Shown here: positions 58,550-64,000 of the stretch, in pieces | Position numbering within the stretch: the stretch's first letter is position 1 | How the letters are laid out: every line of letters starts with the position of its first letter | DNA from: Podarcis filfolensis | Taxonomy: Eukaryota | Reading direction: 5' to 3' (one strand) | DNA: 64,000 bases | Assembly (NCBI GenBank): GCA_964270895.1 | Contig: OZ185436.1 | Notes under the pieces: generated by a model | Databases searched by the model: none | Told to the model about the DNA's origin: nothing | Seen by the model: only the letters and a program-made list of their open reading frames with translations | Made by a program: the position numbers and the translations under genes

Positions 58550-59600
58550 AAGGAATTGCCGGGAAAGCATACCGCAACCCTTGAAACTTTTCTCTTTTTT
58601 GGCTTTTTTTTTGGGGGGGGGCTGCGTAAGATTAATTTGAGGGCGGCTCTAGGGTGTTGCTATTCCGGGAGGACTCGAAAGGCGCGGGGAGAGGAAAGCC
58701 AGTAAGCGTGACTCCACTTCCCGCGTGGCTGGCTTGGGGATGAAATCACTGCGCGGGCCGCTCCCGCAGAAGAGGGAAAGGGCGGGGCCGAGCTTTTAGC
58801 CCGCGACGGGAAGGGGGGCTTCTCCCACGTCAGCCTCCCCTGCCTCCGTCCAATGAGGCGCGCGCGTGCGGGGGCTGTATACGTTTCAATCCCAACGGCT
58901 GCCAGGAGAGGGAGGGAGAGGAGGCGTCTCCGCCTCCAAAGGGAGCTCGGGAGTCTGTTGCCACTCGAGCAGCCCTCGCCCGGCAGAAGGCGGGGAACTT
59001 CCGTGAGGCGGCTCTCGGCCGGCGTGGCTTCAGTGCTTGAAAGAGGGGTTCGCAGGCGACCAACGGACGCGGGCTGCTCCTTCTAGGCGCTGTTTAGGTG
59101 TTTATTATCGTTCCCTCCTCCGGTCAAGAGGCAGTTTGTACGGAGAGAAGCCGCGCAGCTCCTCCCCAGCTCTGCCGGGTTTCTGGGCACGCAGACGGCT
59201 TGGATTTGTTTGGTCCGCTGGTGTGTGGCGGCGGCGGCGGCGGGGCGGGGATCTTCGGGTCTTCTCGTGAAGAAGCAAAGGGAGCGAGAGGAAGTGGAGG
59301 AGAAGCCTAAGCTGGGCATGGGCGAGGGTGACGCGGCGGCCACCACCCCGTCCTTCGAGATGACCTGGAGCAGCACCACTAGCAGCGGCTACTGCAGCCA
59401 AGAGGACTCGGACTCCGAGCTAGAGCAGTACTTCACAGCCCGAACCTCCTTCATCCGAAAGCCCCACAAGGAGAAGAAGGTGAGGCAAGCCCCCCCCCCG
59501 TCAGTCTCCAGGCGGCTCTAATGCAAAATGCGCGGCGCTTACATCTCGCTGTGTGGATGGGATGGAATCCCACGCGGTGTTAGAATCTCCTTCCCAGGCT
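58550..59600 (+). promoter_or_regulatory. RASSF1: RASSF1C CpG-island promoter
   Basis: CpG-dense. GC box near 58780, CCAAT near 58850, GGGAACTTCC (NF-kB-like, overlapping an ETS core) at 58993-59002, ZNF143-like GACTCCACTTCCCGCG at 58710. Confidence 0.8.
59318..59479 (+). CDS. RASSF1: RASSF1C first exon 2gamma (coding part, 54 codons)
   Basis: MGEGDAAATTPSFEMTWSSTTSSGYCSQEDSDSELEQYFTARTSFIRKPHKEKK|gtgagg. Nearly identical to the human RASSF1C N-terminus, including the SSGYCS motif (59381-59398). Confidence 0.96.
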
Positions 59601-61995
59601 CCCAAATCCATAGGGGTTGGCGCGGGGAGAGGAAGGAAGGAAGGCATAGTATTTCCGACCAGCCCACTTCTGTCTCTGTCTCGCGCCCCCCCCCCCAAAA
59701 AAAACACACATTAGGTTTTCCATAAACCGAAAGCGGGTGGAAGGTACCTTCGGTCAAACGCGAAACCAGCTGCGGTTAATAACAGTGAGAATGAGTTTCT
59801 GTTTGGAACTTCCCTGGAGAGCAGGCTGGAGGGTTGGGAGGAACCGAGCAGGAGAAATCCCTTCATTTTTCTGTCTCCCTGAAGTTAGCTCGAAAACGGA
59901 ACCAGTTATGTCTGTTCACTGTTTAGGAGCCAAAGACATAGTCGAGAGTACAGGACAGTTGGGGGAGTGGGGGACGATTTAGGTTGCATGCAGTAGCATT
60001 TGGGTAGGTAGCTGGTTTATGGGTCCAGGGATTGCGGTGAACAGCAGGGAGCACAATTGTGTTATTTGTAGGGTGGGGCTCCAAACCTGAGCACTAACTT
60101 ACTTTTGAGCAAGGAAAGGAGAAAGTGCTTATGTAGAGTGTTGATGTAGGCAGAGCTTCACTGAGAGGGCACTGGCTCTCTTAAGTACAGTATGGGATGA
60201 GAGCAACATGAATATACAGAGGTGTAGGTTGGCACTGCCTTTGATGGTACTATGCAGTTTGTCCTGCCTGGATGAGTGTGTTGTTTCTCTCTTTTTCTGA
60301 CTACTTGTATTTTTCACCATATTAGCATGTGTATGACAATAAATTGAAAAGGGGTGAGTTTGGGTTTTTTGCCATTCCATGCTAGCAAAATTGTTCTTCT
60401 CTTTCATGTGGTTGCGCCAGATATCATGGGAAAAGAGTCCTTTTGGGAGGAAGACTAATAGTAATGACAGGTGTGGGATTATGTCTTAAAAGGGGTCTGC
60501 ATCCGGCATCATGGCAGTTTAACAAGCTTTGTTTGAGAATAATGCATGAATGGTCACTTGGGGACAAGATGAGATTACCACATGGTGCTACAATGCGATG
60601 ACAAGACAGCGGAAATAACTATCATCCATTTTAATTTTACATGGGCCAAGCCCTAGTGTGTGTATCACTGCAAAGACCAACATAGCCAATTGGTCATAAA
60701 CTTTTCACTCATGTGGGTTTAAGTATGATGAGCTTTGCTTGCGATGATGATATCCTTTATGTGCTGCCACCAAATGAAAGTAACAAAAATGATTCCTCTA
60801 GCTTTGGTCTATCAGGGAGCTGCTTTTGGAGCTGCTTTCTTATTCTCTTGAGTGTTTGGATCAAAATATGTGGTGTCTCATACATTTTAGACTAAGCATC
60901 CCAGCTTAAGCAAGGAATCATGCAAAAAACCTTGACCTTGGTACTGGCAGTGCATGTGGGGAACTGAAATGTAGCTTTTATCAAATCAATGCCAATAAGT
61001 TGTTTGGGACAATATCTGAAATGGGAACCTGCTTGTTTCATCTGGCAAAGAGCATTGTCCAGAGATCTAAATAAGAGAGATCCCAGAACCAGAAGAACCA
61101 GTCCTTAATTCCTTAAAGCTAATTCTAGTAGCCTGATATCTTGCTTTTTATAAAAAAGATACAAGCAATTTTGTGATGTTGAAATGCACTTAGCCTTTAG
61201 ACAAGTCTCTGATAGGATGAAGTGTATACATATGACTGCCTAACAAAGAAGTGAGTGCTCTTGTTAAATTTCCCTTAAAGACATTAGCACTATGAAGATG
61301 CAGACTGGCACCATATTAAGAGTGGCTCTCTTTGATTAGTATGGAGGAGGGGTGTTGCAGAAAAAGCAGTTCCGTCAAAGCATTTTCTCTTTCTAGCCTT
61401 GCCTTCATGCTACCAGATGCTCCTTCCCAGTTGCCAGTATGCCAAGAAAAAAGGCAGCCTAGTTATTATTGTGTAACCAGGAGCAGCTGAGCCTGCCTGA
61501 GGATTCAAAGCAAGTGTGGGGGTGGACACCTAGGTGCAAGTTGCATCCAAAGAGTCTGGGCTTGTTGTCTGCAGGGTGACAACTACTGAGCCTTACATAG
61601 AGGGTTGTAGAGCCCAAATATAAAGTGTTCTTTTGTAGATGAGGTGCTGTTTTCATTCTGTCTTAGGTCTGAGTGGAATTTTCTTAATTTCCTTGGACGG
61701 TGAGAAAGGAGTCAGTGAGATCAACAGTTAAATAAGCTCTTCTTCTTGAGGTTTTCATGAGCATGACCAACAGATGATGAAGACAAAGTAGAAGCAGACC
61801 TGTGATGTGAAATTAGCAACTACAAACCCATTAATATGTGTTAAGCATGATGTGGTTTGCAAGGTCTAATGGGGACTGAAGGCCCTTTACCCTTCCATAG
61901 CCTTGGTGTGAAGTTTGGTACAGTATTGTAAAGTTCCACCAGTGAGTTTCCACTCAGGTCCAGGGGGGATATTTGTATCTTTCTGACCTCCACAG

Positions 61996-62025
61996 GATAG
62001 ACAAGATGAGTTTAGAAACCCTGCA
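61996..62025 (+). CDS. Candidate 30-nt phase-0 cassette microexon of RASSF1 (DRQDEFRNPA)
   Basis: tatctttctgacctccacag|GAT AGA CAA GAT GAG TTT AGA AAC CCT GCA|gtgagt. The frame is compatible with both upstream exons. No transcript evidence. Confidence 0.35.
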
Positions 62026-63596
62026 GTGAGTCCCAAAAGTGCAGCTTGACATGGGATGAATGCACAACTGGAAATGTTCTTTAGCCATGGGTTGTGACTA
62101 ATACAGAGTTAACTTTTACTGAGATCCAATAACTTTAAAGATCTCAGTATGTAAACAATTCATTCTCTCTCTCGCCCCCTCTCTCCGCCCCCGCCCCCCC
62201 ATCCAGTGAAAGAGTAAACTATTTTTTTTCTTGTTCCCAACTGGTCTGCTGATGGCTTATGCTGTGTCTGTCTTCATGTTCTCCTGGGACACCAGGGAAT
62301 GCCCATGTTCATTTATATATGCGGGGAAGGGAGGAGAGACTACCAGGGAGTTGGACAAATAAAAAGTGGCATGTTGACTGTAGCTTATGCTAGTCTTCAA
62401 GATAGACATTTGGTATGACCCAACAGGCGTCTTCTTATGCTGCTTATTTCAGTAGGAATTAAGCCCCATGATTCTTTGCTCAACACTGGTATCAACAGGG
62501 GCAGAACCCTGGAATTGGCATGGGTTTTATGTTGCTGGCACTTTTTATGGAAATCTGTTGAACCATGAGGACACTAGAGAAGTGTTGAGAATAGCAGTCA
62601 TCCTTTAGTTCTAAACCTTAAATCCCTTGACCAATACAAGTCCCCCCCCCTTTTCTTTTACTTGAGGTTTTGTCTCTTCTCTCTGGCTCCCTTCCTTTCC
62701 TGTTCACATGTGGACTGAGTCACTGAGTGCACAGGCCATCTTCGCTATTGGTTTTTCTTTACATAAAAGCCACATATACCACAAAACTGCTCTAAGAAAA
62801 GCACAGCAAAAACAAAAGAACCCTGGCCACAGTAATGCAGCTAAGAGTCCATATTGGACTGGAATCCAGCAGCTATCCTGAGCTAACGTTTCTAGTGTTA
62901 GTGTGTAGGGACTCAGAGGGTTCAGTCTTTGCAGGGCATTACGTCTTCATGCTGTGCCCCCTGTTTCAGCAAAGAATGGCACAACCTAGCAGTCCTGCAT
63001 CACTCACGCTTGGGGGTTTATGTTCTGTTAATTAACTTCTGAGGTTATGGTTTTTTCTTTACTCATATGAGAGCACTCCTGAGGTCAGAACTGATAATGA
63101 TGATAGCAAAGTCTGCCTTTCTTCATTCTTCATAAAGTAAGCTATTCAGCTGCTTTAACATATGGCACAATCAAGTCCATGAATTCATGTCTTTCTAAAT
63201 CATGTGTTTTGGAAAGGGTCTAATCTTAAACGGAAGTATGCAGGTGGTAGCAAATCTTATCTAATGAGTCATAATACCAAGCAGAGTGCAGCAGGAGAAC
63301 TCTCAATACTTATATAAATTTTATAATCATAAAAGTTAATAATTAGTTCCAGAAAAATTCTAGACAATAGACTTCTGAGGCTTCTAGGATTTTAAAAAAT
63401 TGCATTGTCAGTAGGCTCACAAGTACCGTTAATGGCTACAGACTTGAAATTAATTTTAAATTACGACTTTAATTTCAGCATTGCTCACCACTTCCTGCAG
63501 CAAGAGCATATGTTTTTGAAAATACAATTGCAGTTAGGCTATACAAAGGGCCCAATTTCCTTGTGATAGGATCATCCTATTATATCTTTGGTGCTT

Positions 63597-63800
63597 TTAA
63601 ATTTTATAATCCTTACTTAATTTATTCTCACAAGAATATGTGGGACAGCTTCTCTGGGGATAACATTCCAAAGATAATGGTGCAGTAACTGAGAATACCT
63701 TCTCTTTGGTTATCATCTCCCTTAACTTTAGAGAGAAGAGCACCCGTATAATATCCTGTGGCAAAGACTTCAGTGCATGGGCACATTTTAATATAAAGTG
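63597..63800 (-). mobile_element. L2 LINE fragment
   Basis: Minus ORF ...TKEKVFSVTAPLSLE..., a degenerate RAFSVAAP motif. Confidence 0.55.
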
Positions 63801-63837
63801 GTATTTAAGGTGCCCACATGTCACAAACCATATAGTG

Positions 63838-64000
63838 CAGGGGTCAGCAAACTTTTTCAGCAGGGGGCCAGTCCACTGTCCCTCAGACCTTGTGGGGGGG
63901 CCGAACTATATTTTTTTGGGGGGGGAATGAATGAATTTCTATGCCCCACAAATAACCCAGAGATGCATTTTAAATAAAAGGGCACATTCTACTCTTGTAA
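63838..64000. mobile_element. hAT MITE (same family as 45738), cut by the window end
   Basis: CAGGGGTCAGCAAACTTTTTCAGCAGGGGGCC...; near-identical to 45738-45895. Confidence 0.92.

Noticed and set aside
47230-59300. Apparent abundance of TEAD CATTCC motifs in RASSF1 introns
   Set aside because: About nine seen versus roughly six expected by chance for a 6-mer on two strands, and several lie within TEs. Not convincing as enrichment.
59210-59317. Open in-frame N-terminal extension of RASSF1C from a TTG
   Set aside because: No ATG, weak context, includes a (GGC)n run; explained by GC content.
59480-64000. RASSF1 common exon 3 (DEPVEWETP...)
   Set aside because: Not found; it lies beyond the window end.

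Overview
Vertebrate nuclear DNA from a squamate reptile. The Sauria SINEs with (TACCTT)n tails and the L2/CR1/hAT/Tc1-mariner repertoire point to a lacertid lizard. The window holds the orthologue of the human 3p21.3 gene cluster in conserved order and orientation. CYB561D2 (-) is complete: 3 coding exons, 222 aa. It shares a head-to-head CpG-island promoter with NPRL2 (+), which is complete: 11 coding exons, 379 aa, plus a 5' non-coding exon. ZMYND10 (+) is complete: 12 exons, 459 aa. Only the 5' half of RASSF1 (+) is present: RASSF1A exons 1alpha and 2alpha-beta and RASSF1C exon 2gamma; the common exons 3-6 lie beyond the window. Exon boundaries were read by hand from GT-AG sites and checked by frame arithmetic against remembered human proteins; no alignment or database search was run. 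Introns and spacers contain many SINEs, LINE 3' fragments, hAT and Tc1/mariner MITEs and microsatellites. I found no wholly new gene system, CRISPR array or viral element. The best second-look items are: (1) a candidate in-frame 30-nt RASSF1 microexon; (2) a shared target-site motif in the Sauria SINE TSDs; (3) nested and stacked MITEs, one carrying telomere-like repeats; (4) a (TTTC)n microsatellite acting as the ZMYND10 exon 10 polypyrimidine tract; (5) uORFs in front of RASSF1A; (6) a one-codon deletion in NPRL2; (7) a back-to-back pair of poly(A) signals near position 900.
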